From NCBI GenBank assembly GCA_963789735.1, contig CAWBLV010000006.1, forward strand, positions 967,615 through 1,031,614: a stretch of DNA of 64,000 nucleotides, given 5' to 3'. The translations under genes were made by a program, and so were the position numbers. Each line of letters opens with the position of its first letter. Position 1 is the stretch's first letter. Under the pieces are notes generated by a model, which saw nothing but the letters and a program-made list of their open reading frames with translations, ran no database searches and had not been told where the DNA came from. Source of the stretch: Candidatus Dormiibacterota bacterium (GTDB lineage Bacteria > Chloroflexota > Dormibacteria > Aeolococcales > Aeolococcaceae). Shown here piece by piece: positions 43,137 to 53,800 of this stretch.

Positions 43137-44714
43137 ATGGCTCCTGTACACGGAATCAGCTGGGACGACCGCAAGCGTCGAACCGTCACTGCGATGGCGG
43201 CCGGAGCGGCCGCTCTGCTCACTGCCAGCACGTTCGCGACTGCGGTGCACGCTGCACCACTGATGGCTTCCGTGATCGTGCGCGCAGTACCCGGACAGGG
43301 CGCAGCCGCCGACCAGGACATCACCAATCTCGGCGGCACCGTCACGAACCAGATCCCGCTGATCAACGCAGCCGTCGCTGATGTTCCTGCCAACCTCGTC
43401 CCGGCGCTCAGCGCCGCACCCGGCGTTGCGCAGGTCACCCCCAACGCCGCGATCCACCTCCTTGGCAGCTCGTATGACGCCACGAATGGCAACTACGATC
43501 CCACGGCCGACGTCGACTCGATGTTCAACATCGAGCAGATGGACGGTGCGCACGCGTACTGGAATGCGGGCTACACCGGCCAGGGCGTGGGCGTTGCGTT
43601 GATCGACTCCGGCGTCGCCCCGGTCAACGGACTGACGACGCCGGGCAAGGTCGTCTACGGCCCCGACTACTCGTCGGAAGCGCGCTACTCCAACCTCCGA
43701 AATCTCGACACGTTCGGTCATGGCACGCACATGGCCGGGATCATCGCCGGCCTCGACAACGGGGTCACGTCGATCAGCTCGAGCGACAGCTCGGACTTCA
43801 TGGGCATGGCACCGAATGCGCAGATCGTGAGCCTGAAAGTTGCCAACGCGCTCGGACAGACGAGTGTCGGGCAGGTGCTCATGGCAATCAGCTGGGTGGT
43901 GCGGCACCAGAACTCGTTGAACATCGGCGTGCTCAACCTCTCGTACGGCACCGACACCAACAACAGCTACGTCATGGATCCGCTCGCGTACGCAGCCGAA
44001 CAGGCGTGGCTCTCGGGCATCGTCGTTGTGGTGGCCGCGGGCAACGAGGGCAACTACTCCGACGGTCTCACCGACCCGGCAATCGATCCGTACGTGATCG
44101 CGGTCGGCGCGGCTGACACCGAGAACACCATGTCGGTGTGGAACGATCAGCCCGCGTCCTTCACCAGCGAAGGTGACGGCACGCGCAATCCGGACCTCGC
44201 CGCGCCGGGCACACACATCGTCTCGCTCCTCGACCCGGACTCCTTCATCGACGATTCCTTCGGCGCTGGCGCGACAGTTGACGGTCGCTTCTTCCTCGGA
44301 AGCGGGACGTCGCAGGCAGCAGCAATCGTGTCGGGTGCGGCAGCGCTGCTCTTGAGCCAGCGGCCAACGCTCACGCCCGACCAGGTCAAGGCACTCCTCG
44401 TGGACAACACCCACTGGATGAATGGTCCGCAGGATCTGATCGGCAGCGGTGAGCTGGACCTGAGGGCCGTGCTCGACGCCCCCACGCCGGACCCGAACAG
44501 CGTCGCGCAGACGTGGCAGACCTCGACCGGCGGGTACTCCGGCGGATCGATGTGGCCGTACGGCGCCTCGTGGTCGGGTGCCTCGTGGTCAGGCGCGTCC
44601 TGGTCCGGGGCTTCCTGGTCGGGCGCATCCTGGTCCGGCGCGTCGTGGTCGGGAGCCTCGTGGAGCGGCGCTTCCTGGTCCGGCTCGAGCTGGTCCGACG
44701 CCGACTGGAGCTAG
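43137..44714 (+). CDS. Secreted S8 (subtilisin-like) serine peptidase with C-terminal Trp pentapeptide repeats
   Basis: Signal peptide and propeptide; triad LIDSG, GHGTHMAGII, SGTSQAA; AAGN oxyanion motif; tail (GASWS)8-GSSWS-DADWS. Confidence 0.93.
   Translation: MAPVHGISWDDRKRRTVTAMAAGAAALLTASTFATAVHAAPLMASVIVRAVPGQGAAADQDITNLGGTVTNQIPLINAAVADVPANLVPALSAAPGVAQVTPNAAIHLLGSSYDATNGNYDPTADVDSMFNIEQMDGAHAYWNAGYTGQGVGVALIDSGVAPVNGLTTPGKVVYGPDYSSEARYSNLRNLDTFGHGTHMAGIIAGLDNGVTSISSSDSSDFMGMAPNAQIVSLKVANALGQTSVGQVLMAISWVVRHQNSLNIGVLNLSYGTDTNNSYVMDPLAYAAEQAWLSGIVVVVAAGNEGNYSDGLTDPAIDPYVIAVGAADTENTMSVWNDQPASFTSEGDGTRNPDLAAPGTHIVSLLDPDSFIDDSFGAGATVDGRFFLGSGTSQAAAIVSGAAALLLSQRPTLTPDQVKALLVDNTHWMNGPQDLIGSGELDLRAVLDAPTPDPNSVAQTWQTSTGGYSGGSMWPYGASWSGASWSGASWSGASWSGASWSGASWSGASWSGASWSGSSWSDADWS
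44562..44711 (+). repeat. 10 x 15-nt coding repeat (GASWS-type)
   Basis: Ten pentapeptide units ending exactly at the stop codon; synonymous codons differ between units. Confidence 0.95.
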
Positions 44715-44853
44715 TCCTCCAGCCTCCGTCCGGGAGGTGCTCGGCGCCGGCTCGCCACGGTCGATGGGAACGCTGCCGATAGCCCTGCTACCGGTTGGCA
44801 ACAGCACTGGCACGGTGAGTTCAAATCGGCCCGATCTGCACGAGGATTCGGGC

Positions 44854-47473
44854 ATGACCAACGAGGTGGAGGGCCCCGCGTCGTCACACGACGCGAGTCC
44901 GGGAACTTCGAGCAGGCGGGGGCACCGCGTCCACGTGCTGACGATCGTGCTCGTGGCGTTGGCGGTCGTTCTGTTGGTCAAGGTCGTTGCCCCGCTGCAC
45001 CCCATCCCGGCGCCGGGCCAGATTCCCTGGTGGGTGCTCATCCCGTTCTTCGCGGCGGCGGAGGTGTTCGTCGTCCACATCCAGTTCCGGCGCGACGCGC
45101 AGTCGTTCTCACTGAGCGAGCTGCCGCTCGTGGTCGGATTCTTCTTCGCGCCACCGTTGGTCGTCCTGCTCTCGATGGTTGCCGGGACAGCGCTCGCGCT
45201 GTCCATCCACCGCCGCCAGTCGCCCCTGAAACTCGCGTTCAACCTTGCCAACTTCACGGTTGCCAACAGTGTCGTTGCGGTGCTCTTCATGCACCTCGTG
45301 AATCACCACGATCCCTTGAGCACGCTGAGCTTTCTCGGCGTGATGGTGGCGGTGCTCGCCGGCGGCGTCGTCCAGTCGCTCGGGATCCTCACCGCGATCT
45401 CCTTCTCGGAAGGGCGCATCGATCGTGTGGGCATCGCATCCACGTTCGGCTTTGCGCAGGCGGCCACCGTCGTCAACACGTGTCTCGCGTTGATTGGCGT
45501 TCGGATCGTCTGGCAGAATCCCTCCGAGCTCTGGCTGCTCGCGATTCCGACCGTCGGTGTGTTCATCGCATATCGCTTCTACGTGGCCGAGCGCGAGAAG
45601 CGTGATCAGGTCGACTTCCTCTATCAGTCGAGCAAGGAGTTGCAGCGCACCGAGGGTGTCGACGACGCCGTTGCCGCACTGCTGAGCAAATCGTGCGAGG
45701 TCTTCCGCGCGGAACTTGCGGAAATCACGTTCCTGCCCACGCGCGAACGCGACGCAGTGGTGCGCACTGCGGTGGACAAGGAGCAGCGGACTCAGTTCAT
45801 GAGTTCCAGTCACGCTCGATGAACCGGAGCTCCAGTTCATGAGCCGGCTGCTCCTCGATTCACCGCTGCTGCTGGCCAATGGCAAGGCCGACAGCGACCC
45901 GAACGGCTTCCTCGAGAGCCGCGGATTGCGCGATGCGATGGCCGTCGTGCTGCGCGGCGAGAACAACATGGTTGGGACGATGCTCATCGCCAACCGCCTT
46001 GGCGAGGTGACGGGCTTCGACGACGAGGACTTGCGTCTGCTCGAGATGCTCGCCAACCAGACCGGCGTCATCCTCGAACGCGGACGGTTGCAGCACTCGC
46101 TCTCGCAGCTCACCGTGCTCCAGGAGCAGCTGCGCCACGAGGCATCGCACGATCCACTCACCGGCATGGCCAACCGGCTCCTCTTCGGATCCCGTGTCGA
46201 CCAGGCGCTCGCGCAGGCGGGCCAGCATGTCGGCGTGCTCTTCATCGACATCGACGATTTCAAGACCGTCAACGACAGCCTCGGTCATGCGGCGGGTGAC
46301 GAGTTGCTTCGCGCCATCGCGGACCGCATCGGCCAGTGCCTGCGTCCGGGGGATGTCGCTGCGCGGCTCGGCGGTGATGAGTTCGCCGTGCTGCTCATCG
46401 GCATCGATGCGCCGGCAACGGCGGTGCGCATTTCCGAGCGGGTCATCGAGTCACTCCGCGAGCCGTTCATCATCGCCGCGGAGGAGGTGCTCACCCACGC
46501 GAGCATCGGCATCGCAACCGCGGTCGACACCGTGTGTGATGGCCAGGAGTTGCTCCAGAACGCGGACCTCGCGCTGTACACGGCGAAGAGCTCCGGCAAG
46601 TCACGCTACGAACTGTTCGAGCCCTCGATGTACGCGGCCGTGCAGCGTCGCCACCGGCTGAAAGCCGACCTGTATCACGCGGTCGAGTTGGTCGAGTTCG
46701 AACTGGTCTATCAGCCGATCGTGCGTGTGTCGAACTGCGCGATCGTCGGTGCGGAAGCGTTGCTGCGCTGGCGACACCCCACGCGCGGCACGGTTCTCCC
46801 GGACGACTTCATCAGCCTCGTGGAGGAGACGGGACTCATCACGCAGGTTGGTGAATGGGTGCTGCGCAGCGCGTGCGAGGAGGCGAAGGACTGGCCAGTC
46901 GCCGACGGCGAAGATCCTGTCTCAGTGAGCGTGAACGTCGCGGTACGACAGTTGCGTGAGCCCGGCTATGTCGAGAACGTTCGCAGCGTGCTGCGCGAAA
47001 CGGGCCTCCCCGCAAGCCGCCTCATCCTCGAGGTGACCGAGGCCGACATCATCTACGACACCGAACCCATCCTCGACTGCCTCAATGCCTTGCGCCAGAT
47101 GGGAATCCGCATCGCTCTCGACGACTTCGGCACCGGCCATTCATCGCTGAGCCGCCTTCGCGATTTCCCGGTGGACCTGCTGAAGATCGACCGCTCGTTC
47201 ACCGCCTCGTTGTGCGGCCCGACACAGTCCATCGGCTTCGCGCACTCGGTGTTCAACTTCGGCGTCGGTCTCAGCCTGACCGTGATCGCAGAAGGTGTTG
47301 AGACCGAGGAGTGCCTGCGCGAGCTCGGCGAGCTCGGATGTGAGCTGGCGCAGGGATTCCTCTTCGGCCAACCGCTGGCGCCACTCGCCATGCGGCGACT
47401 CCTGGATTCCAACGTTGCAGTGCCCGCGGCATGGGCACCTCTCCTGACAGGAGCACCCTCGCAGACGCGCTGA
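44854..47473 (+). CDS. Multi-TM sensor - GAF - GGDEF - EAL protein (frameshift near 45800)
   Basis: About 7-8 hydrophobic helices; GAF-like segment; HDPLTG.ANR, DIDDFKTVNDSLGH, RLGGDEF, YQP, AEALLRW, LDDFGTG, LKIDRSF, AEGVE, QGFLF. Confidence 0.9.
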
Positions 47474-47493
47474 CCGACCTCGTCACGTCGGCG

Positions 47494-47784
47494 CTAGAGG
47501 AGTCGACGGCGCGCCATCCGTTGAGTCCGTTGTCGCCTCGAGATCTCTATCGTCCTCGTACGAAGCCACCGAGCGAAGTCTGGTGAGCTAATGCGACGAG
47601 TTCGTAAGTCCCGTCATCTGGTCGACCGCTTCGCCGACGCGAGGTGGGGTAGACCACTTCAAACCGTTCAGTTCGAGAAAAGCTCGGAGGGCGACCCATG
47701 TGGTGCGCTTGTTGCCGTCAACGCAGCGCACAGGTCCGCAGCTGTCAGGTAGTAGACGGGCTCAGGTCGTGGGGCGGTCGCCAC
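47494..47784 (-). pseudogene. Fic/Doc toxin remnant with internal deletion
   Basis: Manual translation: MATAPRPEPVYYLTAADLCAA, then (shifted) VDGNKRTTWVALRAFLELNG..., then (shifted) ISSPDFARWLRTR. Not in the ORF track. Confidence 0.75.
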
Positions 47785-47929
47785 GATCGAAGGCCGCGAG
47801 TGCGAGAAGAATCCGTCGGTCGGTCAGCGCGATCCGGCGGATCGTTGCGGCGACGCGCTTCGAATCCATCGGCCTCGCACGGTCCGAACGCTCGATCACT
47901 GCCTCGCGAGCAACCGGTCGCTGTGCCAC
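47762..47929 (-). CDS. Small putative antitoxin upstream of Doc (55 aa)
   Basis: Manual translation MAQRPVAREAVIERSDRARPMDSKRVAATIRRIALTDRRILLALAAFDRGDRPTT; overlaps the Doc start. Confidence 0.55.
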   Translation of the reverse strand: MAQRPVAREAVIERSDRARPMDSKRVAATIRRIALTDRRILLALAAFDRGDRPTT

Positions 47930-48025
47930 CAGTCGATGCTACTACTGGGAGCCGGGAATGGTTCGCAGCCCCGCTCCGAGAGTAAGCTCGGGCTCGCTTC
48001 GGTCGCGAGTCAGAGGAGGATCGAG

Positions 48026-48832
48026 ATGCCACACGTCCAGGCAGGGGATATTTCCGTCTACTACGAGACCACGGGTGAAGGCGAGCCGCTCATCCTCATT
48101 CCGTATCTGGCCGCTGACCAGGCGTGCTACGCGTTCCAGCTTGCCGATTACGCCAAGCACTTCACCTGCATTTCCGTCGACCTGCGCGGCGCCGGCCTCA
48201 GCGACAAGCCCGAGGGAACGTACACGACCGACTTGTTCGCCGACGACATCGCGGCGTTCATGCAGGCGATCGGCGTGGAGCGTGCGCACGTGATGGGGCT
48301 CTCGCTCGGCGCCGCCGTGGGAATGATCGTCGCCGCAAAATACCCGGATAAGGTCACGAGCCTCTCGCTCCACAGCGCATGGCACAAGACCGACCCATTC
48401 CTGAAGGTGATCGTCGAGGGTTGGCGAATCATGGCGCAGGCGCTCGACAACGTGCCGGCGATGGTGATTCAGGGGATCTTCCCCTGGTGTTACACGCCTG
48501 AGCTCTACGCCGCGAAGCCTGAGTACATCAGCGCGCTGTCCGACTTCGTCAACAGCCGTCCCGTGCAGCCGCTGGACGCGTTCATGCGCTCGTCCGAGGC
48601 GGTCCTGAACCACGATGCCTCGGACAAGCTCGGGAGGATCACAGCACCGACGCAGATCACGTTCGGCCGCCATGACGTCCCGACGTCGACGCGCTTCATG
48701 GAGCCCTTGCGCTCCGGGATCGCCAACTCCGAGGTTGTTGTGTTCGAGGACTGCGCCCACGCGCCGATCTACGAGAACGTTGCAGCCTTCAACGAGAAGA
48801 CGCTGGCGTTCCTGACGTCACATTCACGGTAG
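48026..48832 (+). CDS. Alpha/beta hydrolase (enol-lactonase-like)
   Basis: GAGGAG RBS; DLRGAGLSD, GLSLG, GRHD, CAHAP. Confidence 0.9.
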   Translation: MPHVQAGDISVYYETTGEGEPLILIPYLAADQACYAFQLADYAKHFTCISVDLRGAGLSDKPEGTYTTDLFADDIAAFMQAIGVERAHVMGLSLGAAVGMIVAAKYPDKVTSLSLHSAWHKTDPFLKVIVEGWRIMAQALDNVPAMVIQGIFPWCYTPELYAAKPEYISALSDFVNSRPVQPLDAFMRSSEAVLNHDASDKLGRITAPTQITFGRHDVPTSTRFMEPLRSGIANSEVVVFEDCAHAPIYENVAAFNEKTLAFLTSHSR

Positions 48833-48890
48833 CGCACGGGACGGAAACCTCCACAGCCGGTTAACGCTTCGTAAAGCGCGTACACGCGTT

Positions 48891-49676
48891 CTACGGTCGC
48901 GATTGTTCGCTCACCCAGCGGTAGCGCGGATCGACATAGACACGCATCACGCGCTGCTCGCCGGCAAGGATCCACAGGTAGTACAGGGTGTGGCCCGGTG
49001 CGGCCACAACCGGGTGGAATCCGGACGTGATCGCCGCAGCGTCACCGTCGTGCACGATGCGCAGCTCCTCCTGGTCGGCGTCGGTGTCGTAGCGGATCTG
49101 CACTCCGAAACCGTTGGCAGGGTTGACGCGATAGAAGTACACCTCTTCGAGCTGTGCCTCCTCGGCGGATTCGCGGTCGTGCCGATGCGGTGGAAAGGAC
49201 GACCAGGTCCCGGTGCCGTTATGGATGGTCTCCCCGACGATGAGCCGCGAAGCCGCGTCATCCGCGCCAAGGATCGTGCGCACGGTGCGGCCCCAACTGT
49301 CACGGCCGACGATCACCTCACGCTGCGCGCCTGCCGCTATCACCCGCGCCTCGCCCGGCGCGTGTGCGTCGGGTGTAGCGGAGGCGACGGCGAGCGTCAG
49401 TCCGCCCGAGTCGGCGTCATCAGGCACCAGGAACACAGCCGACGATGTCGGAGGCAGATAGACGGCATCGCCTGCGCCGTCGAACACGTCTGCGCGGCCG
49501 CCCACCACACCGCGGTTGTCCTCATCAAGCGTCAGTTCCGCGCGTCCGGACAGGATCACCACGAGCCGCTCGTCCCCGGGGGCGAACTCCACGGACTCGC
49601 CGGGCTCCGCGACACGCAGGTCGAGCGAGATGAACTTCGTCTGCTCACCCGCACGGATCAACGACGTGATGTTCAT
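48891..49676 (-). CDS. iolB: 5-deoxy-glucuronate isomerase-like (IolB/KduI family)
   Basis: GRADVF, RLIVGE, WSSFPPHRHD, LEEVYFY, GFHPVVAAPG..LYYLW.LAG. Confidence 0.85.
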   Translation of the reverse strand: MNITSLIRAGEQTKFISLDLRVAEPGESVEFAPGDERLVVILSGRAELTLDEDNRGVVGGRADVFDGAGDAVYLPPTSSAVFLVPDDADSGGLTLAVASATPDAHAPGEARVIAAGAQREVIVGRDSWGRTVRTILGADDAASRLIVGETIHNGTGTWSSFPPHRHDRESAEEAQLEEVYFYRVNPANGFGVQIRYDTDADQEELRIVHDGDAAAITSGFHPVVAAPGHTLYYLWILAGEQRVMRVYVDPRYRWVSEQSRP

Positions 49677-50765
49677 AGTGTCGTCTCCCGATCCGGATCA
49701 GGGATCATGACGTCGCGCACGAACTTGTCAAGGTCACCGCACGCGGCGACGAATTGCCGCAGCGTGCGTCGCGTTGGCGCGAACTGATCGAACTCCGCAA
49801 CACTGAGTCCATCCTCGGCAAACGCGCGGCGAAAATCCGCGAAGTGTGTCAACAATTCGTCCACCACTTTCGGATGCATCGGGTTGTCGATGCGCGGGAT
49901 CACCGCGATGTCGCTGGCGTTCAACCGCTTCTGCCACGCATACGTTGGCGATACGACGGCGTCAGCGCCGATCAGCTCACTCCAGTGCATGTGGTTGCGA
50001 AACGCCGCAGAGAGCAACCGGATCCGATAGCCGCGCTCGCGGAATATCCCATATGCCTTCTTGAACACAGCCACGCCCGCCCATTCGAGGTAGCCGGGAT
50101 CGACGCTGATCCCATCGCGTTCCATCACCACCTTGAGCCAGTCGTCGAGCCGGCCCACCATGATCGTGCAGACCGGACCCATCGACGCAATGTCCTCACC
50201 AGTCGGCCTCGCGACGGTGCAGACCGCGCTCGACCGCCTCCGCAACAGCAATGCATTGCGGGAGCGTGAAGCAGACGGTCGCATTGATGCTGATTCCCTG
50301 CGCTGTCGCCTCCTCGATCGCGGTAACCCCAGCGCTGGTGACCGGGATCTTGACGATCATGTTCGGCGCAAGACGGCTGAACGCAAGCGCTTGCGCGACG
50401 ATCGCCTCGCTGTCACGGAACAGCCGGGGATCCGTCTGAATCGACAGCCGCCCGTTGCGTCCGTGCTGCGCCTCGAAGATCGGTTCGAGCAGACGTGCTG
50501 CCCGAATCGACAGCTCCTCCACGAGCTTCCACGCGATGGTGTCCTCGGTGGCCGCCGGCATCTCGCGAATCAGGGTCTCGGCGCGCGGCCGCCAGGTGGC
50601 CGCGTCACTCGCCAGGACCGTGGCAGCGATCACAGGATTGCAGGTCGCCCCGACGGCGCCGTTCTCGATGGCGTACGTGAGTTCGTCGATGGCGGCGGAG
50701 TCGTTCCAGAGAACCGTCGCAGTGGTCTGCGTCATCTCGTGGAGCGGGCTCCGGTAGGTCGTCAC
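49673..50765 (-). CDS. Transaldolase family protein (frameshift near 50200)
   Basis: LWNDS, GATCNP, GRLSIQTDP, NMIVKIP, INATVCF, TIMVGRLDD, LLSAAFR. Confidence 0.88.
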
Positions 50766-50822
50766 TGCGACGACACTACACGCCCGCCCACTTCTTCCCG
50801 AGCGATCCCGGGCTGACCGGCC

Positions 50823-53800
50823 TTAGACCCTGCGGCTGTGGCGGCGCCTGCCGCGTGCCACGAACGTCATCCCGGCGCCGAACACGATCATCACCGCGCC
50901 GAGCACGCTCTTGGGTCCCATCGGGTTGCCACCCGTGACCGGGACGCTCACCGCGGACACCACGTCGAGCACGCCGTCCTTACCACTGCCGGCCGCGTTC
51001 GAGCCGTTGTAGTCGACGTTGCCGGAGTACGTGGCCGTCACCGGGTAGGTGCCGGGTGGGAAGTTCGCGCTGGTGGTGCAGCTGGTCGCCGGGAGGGTCG
51101 CGGTGCACAGCACCTTGCCGCCGGAGGTGAAGGTCACGGTTCCGGATGCTCCGGGCGGCAGCCCAGTCACCCAGACGGTGACTGGCGATCCGTCGGTGAC
51201 CGATGCGGGCGAGACGATCACCGTCATGTGCGTGTCGGCCTTGAGGACCGTGAACGTCGCGCCGGTCGCGACCGCGGACGTGTCGTTGACGTCACCCGAG
51301 TACGTGGCGGTGACGGGGTAGGTCGCGGGCGTCAGCGTGTCGGCAGTCGTGCACGTCGTGGCGGCGAGCGTGGCGACACACAGCGGGGTGGTGCCCGACG
51401 TGAACGTCACCGTTCCGGTTGCGCCGGCAGGGATCCCGAAGGCAGCAACCGTATCCGTGGAGCCGAACACGATGCTGACCGGCGACGCGGTTTCGGTGAG
51501 GTCGACGGTGTCCTTGGTGACGGTGAACGTCGCGCCACTCACCGCCGAGCCGTTGTAATTGGCGTCACCGGAGTACGTCGCGGTGACCGGATACGAGCCG
51601 GGTACGAGTGTTGTCGACGTCAGGCAACTCGTCGCTGGCAGAGTGGCCACGCAGAGTGTCGCGCCGCCCGAGGTGAACGTCACAGTGCCTGTCGCATCAC
51701 CGGGGAGACCGGACACCGACAAGGTGTCCTGCGCACCGAAGGCGATGGTCGCGGGAGACGCTGACTCCACCATGGAGGTGTTCGCCTGGACGACGGTGAA
51801 GCTCGCGCCGGTGGCGACCGACGGATCGTAGTTACCGTCGCCGGAATACGTTGCAGTGACTGGGTAAACGGCCGGGTCCAGCGTGGCCGACGTCTGGCAG
51901 CTGACGGTCGGGAGCGCGGCGACGCACAACGTGGTGCCGTCCGACGTGAAGGTCACGCTGCCAGTGGCATCGCCGGGGAGGCCGGCAGCCGAGACGGTGT
52001 CAGCCGTGCCGTATGGAACGGACGAAGGTGCGGCCGATTCCGTGAATGCGGGATCCATCTTGGTGACCACGAAGCTCGCGCCGGTCGCGGTGGTGCCAAG
52101 GTAGTTGGCATCGCCCGAGTAGACGGCCGTCACGGGGTACGTACCCGGAGTGAGCGTGGCCGATGTCTGGCAGCTGATCGCCGGGAGCGTTGCGGTGCAG
52201 AGGGGGGAGCCGCCGGAGCTGAAGGTCACGGTTCCGGTCGCATCACCGGGGAGCCCGGCCACCGAGACGGTGTCCTGCGTGCCGTACGGGATGCTCGCGG
52301 GCGCAGCGGCGTCGGTCATCGACGTGGCGGCTTTGGTGACGGTGAAGCTTGCGCCAGTGGCCGTCGCCGGGTTGTAGTTGCCGTCACCGGAGTACGCCGC
52401 GGTGACCGGGTACGTGCCCGGCGCGAGCGTGGACGACGTATCGCAGCTCGTCGCGGGAAGCGTGGCAACGCAGAGGGTGGATCCGCCCGACGTGAACGTC
52501 ACGGTCCCTGTGGCATCGCCGGGGAGTCCGTTATCCGACAGCGTGTCGGCGGTGCCGTACGCAACGCTCGATGGCGCTGCGGATTCGTTGAAGGACGGGT
52601 TCGCACGGGTGACCGTGAAGCTCGCACCGGTTGCGGTGGTGCCGTTGTAGTTGCTGTCGCCGGGATATGTCGCGGTGACCGGATACGTGCCGGGTGCGAG
52701 TGTCGTCGCGGTCTGGCAGGCCGTTGCGGGCAGCGTTGTCGTGCAGAGGGTCGATCCACCCGACTTGAACGTCACGACCCCGGTTGCGCCGGCGGGCAAT
52801 CCGGTCACAGACAGCGTGTCCTGCGATCCGTAGCCGATCGATGGCGGCGACGCGGCTTCGCTCATCGATGTGTTTGCCTTGACAACGCTGAAGCTCGCTC
52901 CACCTGCGGTGGTACCGACGTAGTTGGTGTCACCTGAGTAGGTGGCCGTCACCGGGTACGTCGCGGGGACGAGTGACGTCGACGTGGAGCAGCTTGTTGC
53001 CGGCAGTGTCGCGACGCACAGCGTCGAGCCACCTGACTTGAATGTGACCGTTCCCGTTGCGCCACCTGGCAAACCGGACACCGACAGCGTGTCGCTCGTG
53101 CCGAACGGAACGCTCGCGGGCGCCGCGGACTCGGTCATCGTGGTGCTCGACAATGTCACGGTGAAAGCGGCGCCGGTTGCGGTTGTGCCGCTGTAGTTGG
53201 CGTTGCCCGAGTACGTGGCCGTCACGGGATACGTCGCCGGTGTCAGCGTCGTCGGCGTCGCGCAGCTGGTGGCCGGCAATGTCGCGACGCAGAGCGTTGA
53301 TGCCCCCGATGTGAACGTGACGGTGCCCGTCGCGCCCGCAGGCAGACCGGAAACCGACACGGTGTCAGCGGTGCCGTACGGGATGCTCGCGGGCGCCGCG
53401 GCCTCGTTCATCGACGTCGGCGCTTTGGTGACCGTGAAGCTCGCGCCGGTTGCGGTTGCGCTGTTGTAGTTACCGTCGCCGGAGTACGTCGCGGTGACTG
53501 GGTACGTCCCGGCACCGAGCGTTGCCGCGGTCAGGCAACTCGCCGTGGGGATCGTCACCACGCAGAGCGTTGTGCCGCCCGAGCTGAATGTCACAGTCCC
53601 GGTCGCACCCGCCGGCAGACCGGAGTCCGACAACGTGTCCTGCGAGCCGTACACGATCGAAGACGGCGCTGCCGCTTCGGTGAAGGTCGGTGTGGCCTTG
53701 GTGATCGTGAGTGTCGTTGTCGTGACCTGTGAAGCGAAATTCGAGTTGCCGGAGTACGTGGCGGTGACCGTGTCCGTGCCGACAGGCGCGTTGGTCGCGG

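Noticed and set aside
44562-44711. RiPP precursor with repeated cores
   Set aside because: No modifying enzymes (radical SAM, YcaO, P450, ATP-grasp) nearby; kept only as an unmodified-peptide hypothesis.
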